This document shows positions 27,008 to 35,737 of a stretch of DNA of 64,000 nucleotides, piece after piece (position 1 is the first letter of the stretch; each line of letters opens with the position of its first letter). The DNA is from Candidatus Latescibacterota bacterium (GTDB lineage Bacteria > Latescibacterota > UBA2968 > UBA8231). Under the pieces are notes generated by a model. The model was given only the letters and a program-made list of their open reading frames with translations, did not search any database and had not been told where the DNA came from. The stretch covers positions 256,001-320,000 of the forward strand of contig CBDCSU010000004.1 in assembly GCA_965221775.1 (NCBI GenBank). The letters run 5' to 3'. Position numbers and translations under genes: made by a program.

Positions 27008-28225
27008 ATGATCTGGCCGTGCAAGAGACTCGACTTCAGCTGGTCCGACTGGCTCTTCGCCCTGGGGAGATGCCTGAGGCCGCCCCGTGGGCAGGACATG
27101 GCCGCCCGAGTGGAGCGTCTGTGGTCGGCGGAGGGGGACGCCATCGCCTGCCTCACGGTTCGCTCCGCTTTCGACCTGTTCCTGCGGGCGAAGCGGTGGG
27201 GGGCCGGCGACGAGATCATCTTCACCGCCCTCACCGTGCCCGACATGCCACGCATCGCCCGGGAGCACGGGCTGAGGGTTGTGCCCCTCGACATCGATCC
27301 CCTGACCGCCGCCTGGGACTTGGACGCCCTGGAGCGATGCATCGGGCCTCGCACGAGAGCCGTCGTGCTCACGCACCTCTTCGGCGCCCGCCTCGACGTG
27401 GAACCGGCCATGGCCGTCGCCCGGCGGCACGGCATCGCCGTGGTGGAGGACTGCGCCCAGGCCTACCGCGGACCGGGCCGGAATGGCCACCCCGCGGCCG
27501 ACCTGTCGCTCTTTTCCTTCGGTCCCATGAAGACCGCCACCTCCCTGGGCGGCGCCGTGGCCCGCGTCCGCCAGCCCGAGGTGCGCCTGGGAATGGCCGC
27601 GTTCCTCGAGCAGTACCCCATGCAGTCCACGGGCGAGTTCACGCGCCGGGTGCTGCTCTACGGCCTGTTGAAGGCGGCCTCCAATCCAACCCTCTACGGG
27701 GCCCTGGTATTCCTGGCGGAGCTTCTGGGGCTCCATCGGGAGCGGTGGATCCATGGGCTCACCCGCAACGTGCCCCGCCACGACCTGCTGGGTCACATCC
27801 GCCGCCGGCCCTGCGCCGCCCTTCTGAGTCTCCTCGAGCGCAGGCTCCAGGAAGGCGACGCGCCGGTGGCGCGGCGCACCGCACCCGGCGAGATCCTCTT
27901 CCGCGCCCTCGGCGGTGAGGTGCAGGTGCCGACGCGCGCCTCCCGCGCACACGCGTACTGGATCATCCCGGTACTGGCCGCCAACCGCGACGAGTTGAAA
28001 GTCTCCCTTCGCCGCCACGGCTTCGATCCCATGTCGGAACGGCTGAGCGTCGTCTGCGAAGAGGGGATGGAAGCTCCCGGAGCCGGGCGCCTGTCGGAGT
28101 CCGTCTACCTGCCCTTCGATCCGGGCATGCCCGCAGCGGAGCTCGAGCGGCTCGGGGCCCTGGTGACTCGTCTGGCCGCCGTGGACCGCCCCCGCGAGGC
28201 GGCCGTGCCACCGGCGCTCTCCTGA
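27008..28225 (+). CDS. DegT/DnrJ/EryC1/StrS family PLP aminotransferase
   Basis: VLTHLFG, VEDCAQA and FSFGPMKTAT.LGG. Confidence 0.82.
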   Translation: MIWPCKRLDFSWSDWLFALGRCLRPPRGQDMAARVERLWSAEGDAIACLTVRSAFDLFLRAKRWGAGDEIIFTALTVPDMPRIAREHGLRVVPLDIDPLTAAWDLDALERCIGPRTRAVVLTHLFGARLDVEPAMAVARRHGIAVVEDCAQAYRGPGRNGHPAADLSLFSFGPMKTATSLGGAVARVRQPEVRLGMAAFLEQYPMQSTGEFTRRVLLYGLLKAASNPTLYGALVFLAELLGLHRERWIHGLTRNVPRHDLLGHIRRRPCAALLSLLERRLQEGDAPVARRTAPGEILFRALGGEVQVPTRASRAHAYWIIPVLAANRDELKVSLRRHGFDPMSERLSVVCEEGMEAPGAGRLSESVYLPFDPGMPAAELERLGALVTRLAAVDRPREAAVPPALS

Positions 28226-28228
28226 GGA

Positions 28229-29926
28229 ATGGGCCGCGAGGCGATTTCAGGCCTGGGGCGGGTCCGCGTGGGGGCCGCGTGCGAGCGCGATCTGGAGGGG
28301 GCCGGCTATCTCTTCGACGGCTACCTCGTGGCCGACGATGCGCTGCTGGTCGGCGCCGAGGCCTCCGACCACTTCGGGCTTGTGCTGGCCCGCCACGGGA
28401 TCGACGGAGTCCTCGACCGTCTGAACGGTTGCTACCGGTACGTGGTCAAGCAGGAGGGGCGGGTGTGGTTCGGCATCGACCACTTCGGGGGAGCCGCCCT
28501 GTTCTACCAGCTGGCCCCGGAGCTGAGCCTCTTCGACGACCCTTCCGCTCACGTGCGCAACCCGGACTACAGCGACGCCGCGGTCTGTTGTCTCCTGGCC
28601 TCGGGTTTCACCCTCGATGACGAGACCATCTACACGGGGATCCGGGAGTGCGGCTCCGGCGTTCTCTACGAGTTCGAGACCGCCACCGGACAGCTGCGCC
28701 AGAGGACGTGGTTCAAGTTCAACCTCCACCCCCGAAGCGACTGCGATCCGGACGAGCTGGAAGCGGCCCTGCTGCGCTCCCTGCCGCGCCTGGCCCCCCG
28801 GGAGGGGAGCTACCTGCTTCCCCTCAGCGGCGGCCTGGACTCGCGGACCATACTCGCCCTCGCCCTGAAGCGCGGCCAGCCCCTGGAGGCCCTGACCTAC
28901 GGAGTGCCCGGGGCGATGGACTCTTCCATACCCGGCCGGATCTGCGCCGAGCTGGGGCTGCGCCACACCACCATGCCTACGGCAAATGCAGAAGGCAAGG
29001 CCTGGTTCGAGAGCGCGGACATGAGGGAGATGGTGAAGGCCATGCACCTGGGCCGCAGCCTTCCCGAGGAGTCCGACTGGCGGCCCATGGCCCGGCTCGG
29101 CCCCGGTCCCTTCGTCGTCTGCCCGGGCCACGGGGGGGACTGGCTGACGGGCTCCTTCATCGACGCCCGCCTCCTCCACACCCGGACCCTGGAGGGCCTG
29201 GTCGAGTACCTTCTCGACTTTCACTGCAGCCTCACGGCGATCTCGAGCCCCGGCTTCGCGGAGCTGCTGCGGGAGAGGATCCGCCGCAGCCTGGCCGCCA
29301 TCGCCCCCGATTGCGCAGAGGACCCCCTGGCCTGTGCCGAGCGCTGGAACCTGGAGCACCGGCAGAGGAAGTACATCGTCAACTCGGCCAGGAAGTACCG
29401 GTACCTGGGCATGCACACGTACCTGCCGTTCTTCGACCGGAACCTGATGTCGCTCTTCATGAACCTGAAGACGCGGCACCGGACCCGCCAGCGTGCGTAC
29501 GTCGGGTTTCTCGGCGGCCGCCTCTACACCGGATGTCTCGCGGCTCTGCGCCGCATCGACAACACCCGGTGGGATTTCGACGCCGATCTGCCCGGGATGG
29601 GGAGGCCATCGCCGCGGGAGGTGCTGCACCAGCGGCTGCGGGAGCTCGATCGCAGGAAGTACCGCAAGCGCTTCCTCGTCTCCTCATTGGAGGGCTACGA
29701 CGATGCGGCGGCGATGCTGAGTCCCCGGGACAAGGCCTCCTTCCTGCGGCAGAAAGTGGATGAAGCCTTTCCGCTCCTCCACCCCTGCGTGGAGCAGCTC
29801 CGGGGCCTCGGCTGCCAGGAGTCGGCCCGTCACGTGAGCTGGATCCTGAGGCAACAGGTATCCCAGATGAACCCCGTGGGGCTCTTCGTCTGCGCCTTCC
29901 TTCCATACCTGCTCGAGGTCGAATAG
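28229..29926 (+). CDS. Asparagine synthetase-like amidotransferase/amide ligase
   Basis: PP-loop LPLSGGLDSR, PGHGGD and YLPFFD; degenerate Ntn-like N-terminus. Confidence 0.75.
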   Translation: MGREAISGLGRVRVGAACERDLEGAGYLFDGYLVADDALLVGAEASDHFGLVLARHGIDGVLDRLNGCYRYVVKQEGRVWFGIDHFGGAALFYQLAPELSLFDDPSAHVRNPDYSDAAVCCLLASGFTLDDETIYTGIRECGSGVLYEFETATGQLRQRTWFKFNLHPRSDCDPDELEAALLRSLPRLAPREGSYLLPLSGGLDSRTILALALKRGQPLEALTYGVPGAMDSSIPGRICAELGLRHTTMPTANAEGKAWFESADMREMVKAMHLGRSLPEESDWRPMARLGPGPFVVCPGHGGDWLTGSFIDARLLHTRTLEGLVEYLLDFHCSLTAISSPGFAELLRERIRRSLAAIAPDCAEDPLACAERWNLEHRQRKYIVNSARKYRYLGMHTYLPFFDRNLMSLFMNLKTRHRTRQRAYVGFLGGRLYTGCLAALRRIDNTRWDFDADLPGMGRPSPREVLHQRLRELDRRKYRKRFLVSSLEGYDDAAAMLSPRDKASFLRQKVDEAFPLLHPCVEQLRGLGCQESARHVSWILRQQVSQMNPVGLFVCAFLPYLLEVE

Positions 29927-29948
29927 CCCCGAGCCGGCCGCATTATCG

Positions 29949-31478
29949 ATGTCCCTCGACAGGGATCGCGAACTCACAGGCCACTCGGGCCTCTCCCTCG
30001 GCCGGCGGGCCGGATGGCTCACCCTGGGCCGGATCTCCCATACCGCCGCCCTGCTGCTGGTGGGAGCGATCCTCTCGCGCGCCCTGCCACCGGAGGAGTA
30101 CGGGCAGTACCAACAGGCATGGGTCTACCTGAACATCGCGATCCCCCTGTTCCTCTTCGGGATGCCGGTGAGCCTCAGCTACTTCCTGGCCCCCGCGGAA
30201 GGACCCGCCCGGGACCGACGCGCCGCTCGGCATGTGCTCCTGATCCTGCTCTTCGCCGCTCTCTTCGCCCTGTGCGCCGGGGGCCTCTGGATGGGGGCCG
30301 CAGCGTTCTCCATCCCCGCCGAGGTGCGGGCCCTCATGCCGGCGGGCATCCTCATCGGCGCGGGGATGATCGCCTGCGGCTTCCTCGAGCCGGTTCTCAT
30401 CGTCTACGGCAGGCACAGAGTCCTCGCCGGGTCGCTGCTCCTCTTCGCGGCCCTGCACCTGACGGCGGTGCTGGCAGGCTGGTTCCTCGGGGGATCCCTC
30501 GAGTCGATCTTCGCCTGCCTGGGCGGCTCGGTGGTCCTGAGGGTGGTCTGGAGCTACCTCCTCCTCTTCCGGCTCCTGCGGCCCCTGTCCCTCGATCTGG
30601 TCCGGCAGCCTCTCGAGGATCCCCTGAAGTACGCGTGGCGCGTCGGCCTTCGCGACGGGATCGAGGTCCTGTCCCGGTTCGTCGACAAACTGATCTTCCT
30701 CTCCTTCTTCACCACCGCCCAGTTCGCCTTCTACCACAACGGCGCATGGGAGATCCCCGTCGTCATCTTCGTCCACTCCATGCTCGCCGTTCTGCTGCCC
30801 GAGCTGCGGGTGGCCTGCAGCCGCGGAGACATGGGCCAGGTCCTGAACCTGATGCACTTCGCCGCCAGAAGGGTGGCGCTGGTCCTCTTTCCGGCGGCGG
30901 CCTTCGCCTTCTCGGTGGCGCCCGAGCTGACGAGCTTCCTCTTCGGAGAGGACTACCGCGACAGTGGCGCCTACCTGCGGGTCTTCCTCCTCCTGCTGCC
31001 CCTGCGGGTCTCGACGGCCGGACTCGTCCTGCTGGCGGCCAACCGGACGCGGGCGGTGCTCCTGGGCACCGGGGTCGACCTGGTGCTGGCCGCCGTACTG
31101 GGAGTGGCCCTGGTACCGTGGCTGGGGACGCTGGCGCCGGCCGTGGCCCTGGTGGTGAGCACGTCCTGCCAGGTGGGGTTCTACAACTGGCGGGCCTCGA
31201 CGGTCATCGGCCGGCCCCTGCAGGAGGTCCTGCCGTGGCCGGTCCTCGGGAGGCTGGCCCTGCCGAGCGTGGCGGCGGCCCTGGGCGCGGCTCTCTGCGC
31301 GCGCTTCGAATCGGCTCTCCTGAACCTGCTGACCGCCGGTATCGTCTTCGTCCTGCTGCTCTGCGGGCTGGGCCTGGGCCTGCGGCTGTTCGACGCCAGG
31401 GAGCGGGTCCTGCTGGGGACGTGGGCGAGATCCGTGGCGGCGAGGTGCCGGTCGGTCCTGCTCCCCCGCGGCGACTGA
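29949..31478 (+). CDS. Oligosaccharide flippase (Wzx/MOP family)
   Basis: ILSRALPPEEYGQY and FVDKLI; 12-14 TM segments. Confidence 0.82.
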   Translation: MSLDRDRELTGHSGLSLGRRAGWLTLGRISHTAALLLVGAILSRALPPEEYGQYQQAWVYLNIAIPLFLFGMPVSLSYFLAPAEGPARDRRAARHVLLILLFAALFALCAGGLWMGAAAFSIPAEVRALMPAGILIGAGMIACGFLEPVLIVYGRHRVLAGSLLLFAALHLTAVLAGWFLGGSLESIFACLGGSVVLRVVWSYLLLFRLLRPLSLDLVRQPLEDPLKYAWRVGLRDGIEVLSRFVDKLIFLSFFTTAQFAFYHNGAWEIPVVIFVHSMLAVLLPELRVACSRGDMGQVLNLMHFAARRVALVLFPAAAFAFSVAPELTSFLFGEDYRDSGAYLRVFLLLLPLRVSTAGLVLLAANRTRAVLLGTGVDLVLAAVLGVALVPWLGTLAPAVALVVSTSCQVGFYNWRASTVIGRPLQEVLPWPVLGRLALPSVAAALGAALCARFESALLNLLTAGIVFVLLLCGLGLGLRLFDARERVLLGTWARSVAARCRSVLLPRGD

Positions 31479-31508
31479 CGCAGCCACCGGGGGCGGCGGT
31501 TGCGGCCG

Positions 31509-33509
31509 TCAGCCTTCGGCGGCGATGGCCCGCACCGCGTCGACCGCCTCGGGATTGACGAGGCTGGAGGTGTCGCCGGGGTCCTCGCCGAGCCAGGCGG
31601 CCCTGAGGACGCGGCGCATCAGCTTGGCGTTTCGCGTCTTCGGCAGGTCGGGGACGAAGAGGACGCGTCCCGGCCGCAGGGGCCTGCCCATCTCCTCGAC
31701 GATGCGCTCGCCGAGGGCGGCCTCGAGATCCTCTCCGGCGGAGAACCCCTCCTCGAGCACGCAGAAGCAGACGATCTCCGCTCCCTTCAGCTCGTCCGGG
31801 ACACCGACGGCGCCGGCCTCGACCACCGCCGGGTGGGCCACCAGGACCGACTCGAACTCCGAGGGACCGACGCGTTTCCCGCCGACGTTGATCGTGTCGT
31901 CGGAGCGGCCCAGGATCCACCAGTGGCCGTCGTCGTCCACCAGGGCCCAGTCCCCGTGGACCCAGACATCGGGGAAGCGAGACCAGTAGGTCTCCAGGTA
32001 GCGCCGGTTGTCCTCGTCTTGCCAGAAACCCCGGGTCATGCCGATCCAGGGGGTGCGGACGGCGAGCTCGCCCACCTGGTTGCGCACGGGCCGGCCCTGC
32101 TCGTCGAGGACGACCACGTCCATCCCGGGGCAGGGCGCGGAGAACGCGGCCGGCTTGGCCGGCCTCAGGGGGTTGTCCATGAGGATGCCGCCGCTGACCT
32201 CGGTGCCGCCGGAGTAGTTGACGATGGGGATCCGCCCCTCTCCCACCTCCTCGAAGAGCCAGCGCCAGGGCTCCGGGTTCCAGGGCTCACCGGTGGAGCC
32301 GAAGGACCGCAGCCGCGACAGGTCCCGCCGGCGATGGTGCTGCGATCCCCTGGACTTGAGGACCCGCACCAGGGTGGGGGAGAGTCCGATCTGGGTCAGG
32401 CCCCGGCCCTCGGCCATCGCCCAGATGCGACCGGGGTCCGGGTAGTCGGGGGCCCCCTCGTAGAGGAAGCAGGCGGCGCCGAGGAGGCTGGTGCCGAAGA
32501 CCAGCCAGGGGCCCATCATCCAGCCCATGTCCGTGATCCAGTAGACCAGGTCCCCCGGGCGGACGTCGAGTCCGAAGCACATGTCCTGGGCCGCCTTCAC
32601 CGGGAATCCGCAGTGGGTGTGGACGGCTCCCTTGGGGCGGCCCGTGGTCCCGGAGGTGTAGAGGATCATCATCCTCTCCTCCGCCTCCGCGTCGTGGGGG
32701 GCGCACTCCGGAGACTGTTCCGGCACCAGCCGGTGCCACCAGTGGTCCCGTCCGGCGCACATGTCGACGGGATTCCCGGAGTGCCGCAGGACCAGGACCG
32801 TGCGGATCTCCGGCAGCCGGGCGAGGGCGGCGTCGGCGACCGCCTTGAGGGGGACCGTTGCGCCCTTGCGGGAGAAGCCGTCGGCGGTGATCAGGGCCGC
32901 GGCGCCGGCGTCGGAGAGGCGGGAGGCGACGGCCCCGGCGCCGAAGCCGGTGAACAGGGGAAGGACCACGCCGCCGATGCGGATCACCGCCAGCAGGGCG
33001 ACGACGATCTCCGCCGTCATCGGCAGCAGGAGGCCGACGCGGTCCCCGGGCCGGACGCCCAGGGCCCGCAGGGCGTTGGCGCAGCGTCCGACCTCGGCCG
33101 CCAGTTGCGCGTAGGTGAGCGTCCTCACCTCGCCCGCCTCCGACTCGGCGACCACCGCGGTTCGCCCCGCGCTCTCGGGGGACTCGAGCCAGCGGTCGAG
33201 GCAGTTGACGGTGATGTTCATGCGCCCGCCGGGGCACCAGCGGGGGAGGGCGGGCCCCCGGCCCAGGTCGACGACGCCATCGTACGGGGTGGAGAACCGG
33301 AGGCCCAGGAACCGCAGGACCGCCTCGGTGAAGCCGGCCACATCGCGGGTGGACCGGGCCATGAGGTCGTCGAGGTCCGCCGCCCCGTAGAACTCCATGA
33401 ACCGCTTCAGGTTGGCCCGGTCAAGGTGGTGCGGCTCCGGGGACCAGAGGATGCTGTCGGCGTCGGGCAGGGGATGCCGGCCCCGCCGGGATTGCGTCAT
33501 CGCCGCCAC
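31509..33509 (-). CDS. AMP-forming acyl-CoA synthetase (acetate/acetoacetate-CoA ligase-like)
   Basis: YTSGTTGRPKG, STGEPW, YSGGTE, GRSDD and LPKTRNAKLMRR; start could be ATG 33500. Confidence 0.88.
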   Translation of the reverse strand: MAAMTQSRRGRHPLPDADSILWSPEPHHLDRANLKRFMEFYGAADLDDLMARSTRDVAGFTEAVLRFLGLRFSTPYDGVVDLGRGPALPRWCPGGRMNITVNCLDRWLESPESAGRTAVVAESEAGEVRTLTYAQLAAEVGRCANALRALGVRPGDRVGLLLPMTAEIVVALLAVIRIGGVVLPLFTGFGAGAVASRLSDAGAAALITADGFSRKGATVPLKAVADAALARLPEIRTVLVLRHSGNPVDMCAGRDHWWHRLVPEQSPECAPHDAEAEERMMILYTSGTTGRPKGAVHTHCGFPVKAAQDMCFGLDVRPGDLVYWITDMGWMMGPWLVFGTSLLGAACFLYEGAPDYPDPGRIWAMAEGRGLTQIGLSPTLVRVLKSRGSQHHRRRDLSRLRSFGSTGEPWNPEPWRWLFEEVGEGRIPIVNYSGGTEVSGGILMDNPLRPAKPAAFSAPCPGMDVVVLDEQGRPVRNQVGELAVRTPWIGMTRGFWQDEDNRRYLETYWSRFPDVWVHGDWALVDDDGHWWILGRSDDTINVGGKRVGPSEFESVLVAHPAVVEAGAVGVPDELKGAEIVCFCVLEEGFSAGEDLEAALGERIVEEMGRPLRPGRVLFVPDLPKTRNAKLMRRVLRAAWLGEDPGDTSSLVNPEAVDAVRAIAAEG

Positions 33510-33525
33510 GTGGCTGGCGCCGCCA

Positions 33526-34647
33526 TCAGACCGCGTAGGCCACCGAGCCGTCCTGGCGAAGGGGGGTGGCGCCGGTGTTCATCGGCTGGAAGGGCCGCTC
33601 GGGGATGAGCTCGTCCACCAGCTCCACGCCCAGGCCGGGCGCCTCGGGTACCGGGATGTGGCCGCCCTCGCGCCGGTGGGCGCAACGGTACACGGCGTTC
33701 GCCTCGGCTTCGTCGCCCTTGGTGTACTCCTGGGTGATGAAGTTGGGGATGCAGGCGTCGAGATGGACCGAGGCGGCCGTCACCAGGGGGCCGAGGAAGT
33801 TGTGGGTCACCACCGCGCAATGGTAGGACTCGGCGATGGCGGCGATCTTCTTGCAGTGGGTCAGGCCGCCCGCCAGGCCCACGTCCGGGCGCACGTACTG
33901 GGGCCCGCCGCTCTCCAGCAGCTCGCGGAACTCCCAGATCGTGGTCAGACGCTCGCCGTTGCCCACGGGAACGTTGCAGCGCCTGGCCACCTCGGCCTGG
34001 CTCTGGACGCTGTCGATCTGGATCGGGTCCTCGAGGAAGAACAGGTTGAAGGGCCGCAGCGCCTCGGCCAGGGTCCAGGCGGTCATGGGGGTCAGCTTGC
34101 GGTGGACCTCGACGATCAGGTCGAGATCGGGGCCGCCGCCTTCGCGGGCGGCGGCGACGAGGTCACGGGCCCGCCCCACCATGCGGTCGATGCCGGCGTC
34201 GATGTGGTGGACGGGGTCGAACTTCAGGGCCGTGAACCCCTCCTCCACGGCGCCGCGGGCATGGGCGCGCATGGCCTCCGGCGTGTCGGCCCCACCCAGC
34301 AGATGCAGGCGGATGCGGTCGCGGCAGCGCCCGCCGAGAAGCTCCCAGACCGGCGCCTGGTAGTGCTTGCCCTTGATGTCCCAGAGGGCGATGTCGACGG
34401 CGCTCACCGCCCCGGCCAGGGCCGTGCCCCGGAAGGGGGACATGCGGTAGAGGTGCTGCCAGTGATGCTCGATGCGCAGCGGGTCCTGCCCGACGAGGTA
34501 GCGCTCGAAGGCGGAGACGATGCTCTGAACCGCCTCCGGATAGCCCCAGCAGGCGGTCTGCCCGACGCCGGTCAGACCGCTGTCGGTGGTGAGGCGCACG
34601 ACGTATCCGCCGCCGATGAGAAAGGACTCGATGCGCTCGATCTTCAT
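33526..34647 (-). CDS. Enolase superfamily dehydratase (galactonate dehydratase-like)
   Basis: SAVDIALWDIKGK, GFTALK, FLEDP, GERL and PGLGVEL; ATG at 34647. Confidence 0.88.
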   Translation of the reverse strand: MKIERIESFLIGGGYVVRLTTDSGLTGVGQTACWGYPEAVQSIVSAFERYLVGQDPLRIEHHWQHLYRMSPFRGTALAGAVSAVDIALWDIKGKHYQAPVWELLGGRCRDRIRLHLLGGADTPEAMRAHARGAVEEGFTALKFDPVHHIDAGIDRMVGRARDLVAAAREGGGPDLDLIVEVHRKLTPMTAWTLAEALRPFNLFFLEDPIQIDSVQSQAEVARRCNVPVGNGERLTTIWEFRELLESGGPQYVRPDVGLAGGLTHCKKIAAIAESYHCAVVTHNFLGPLVTAASVHLDACIPNFITQEYTKGDEAEANAVYRCAHRREGGHIPVPEAPGLGVELVDELIPERPFQPMNTGATPLRQDGSVAYAV

Positions 34648-34783
34648 CCCGGTGTATATTAGCACCGCCCGCCTCGACAACGCGAACCTCCGGCCCTTTC
34701 ACCGCACCAGGAAGCGCGCCGCCGCGCCTGCGACACCGGCGCGCCATCGACGTGCGCCCGGCCGGGCCCTGACAGAGGGAGCG

Positions 34784-35737
34784 ATGGAATACGTACAACT
34801 CGGGAGACTCGGCGTCCGCGTGAGCCGCATCTGCCTCGGCACCGCCTTCCGCGGCCAGCGCGACGACGCCGTGGCCGCGCGCGTCATCGAACGGGCCGTC
34901 GATCTGGGATGCAACTTCATCGACTGCGCCAACTACTACGGCCGGGGGCGCTCCGAGACCGTCCTCGGAAAGGCGATCGGCGCCCAGCGCGACGACCTGT
35001 TCCTCACGAGCAAGGTGTGGAGCCGGATGGGACCGGGACCCAACGACGCCGGGTCCTCCCGCTACCACATCACCCGCGAGGTGGAACGCAGCCTGCGGCG
35101 CCTCGGCACCGACCGCATCGACCTCTACCTCCTCCACAACTGGGACCCCGACTCGCCCCTGGACGAGAGCCTGCGCGCCATGGACGACCTAGTGCGCCAG
35201 GGGAAGGTCCTGTACGTGGGCGCCTGCAACTTCACCGCCGCCCAGGCCCTCGAAGGCCTGTGGACCGCCGACCGCCTCGGCCTCGACCCCTTCGCCTGCC
35301 TGCAGAACGAGTTCAACCTCCTCCACCGCTGGCCGGTCGAGTCGGAGTTGCTGCCCCTGGTGCGGCGCCGCGGGCTCGGCCTGATGACCTACAGCCCGCT
35401 GGCCGTGGGTCTGCTCACCGGCCGCTACCGCCGCGGCCAGCCGCCGCCGGCGGGGTCCCACTGGGAGGGCCGCAAGGACTTCGAGGGCACGATGGAGGGC
35501 ATCGACGGCGTCGTGCAGTCCCTGATCGCCATCGGCTCCCGCCTCGGCAGGACCCCGGCGCAGGTGGCGCTGGCGTGGCTCCTCGACCACCCGGAGGTGA
35601 CGGCCCCCATGATCGGCCCCGACCTGCCCGAGCACGTGGACGAGGCCTTCAGGGCCCTGGGCTGGCAGTTGCCGCCCGAGGACCGGGCCGCCCTCGACGC
35701 GGCGACGGAGGCGGCCCCGGCACGCCGGTATCCGTGA
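34784..35737 (+). CDS. Aldo/keto reductase
   Basis: DCANYYG, SLRRLGTDRIDLYLLH, YSPLAVG and AQVALAW. Confidence 0.9.
   Translation: MEYVQLGRLGVRVSRICLGTAFRGQRDDAVAARVIERAVDLGCNFIDCANYYGRGRSETVLGKAIGAQRDDLFLTSKVWSRMGPGPNDAGSSRYHITREVERSLRRLGTDRIDLYLLHNWDPDSPLDESLRAMDDLVRQGKVLYVGACNFTAAQALEGLWTADRLGLDPFACLQNEFNLLHRWPVESELLPLVRRRGLGLMTYSPLAVGLLTGRYRRGQPPPAGSHWEGRKDFEGTMEGIDGVVQSLIAIGSRLGRTPAQVALAWLLDHPEVTAPMIGPDLPEHVDEAFRALGWQLPPEDRAALDAATEAAPARRYP

Noticed and set aside
28229-29926. AsnB-like protein as a lasso peptide cyclase
   Set aside because: No precursor peptide, B1/B2 (RRE/protease) genes or ABC exporter; the flippase and DegT context favours glycan modification.
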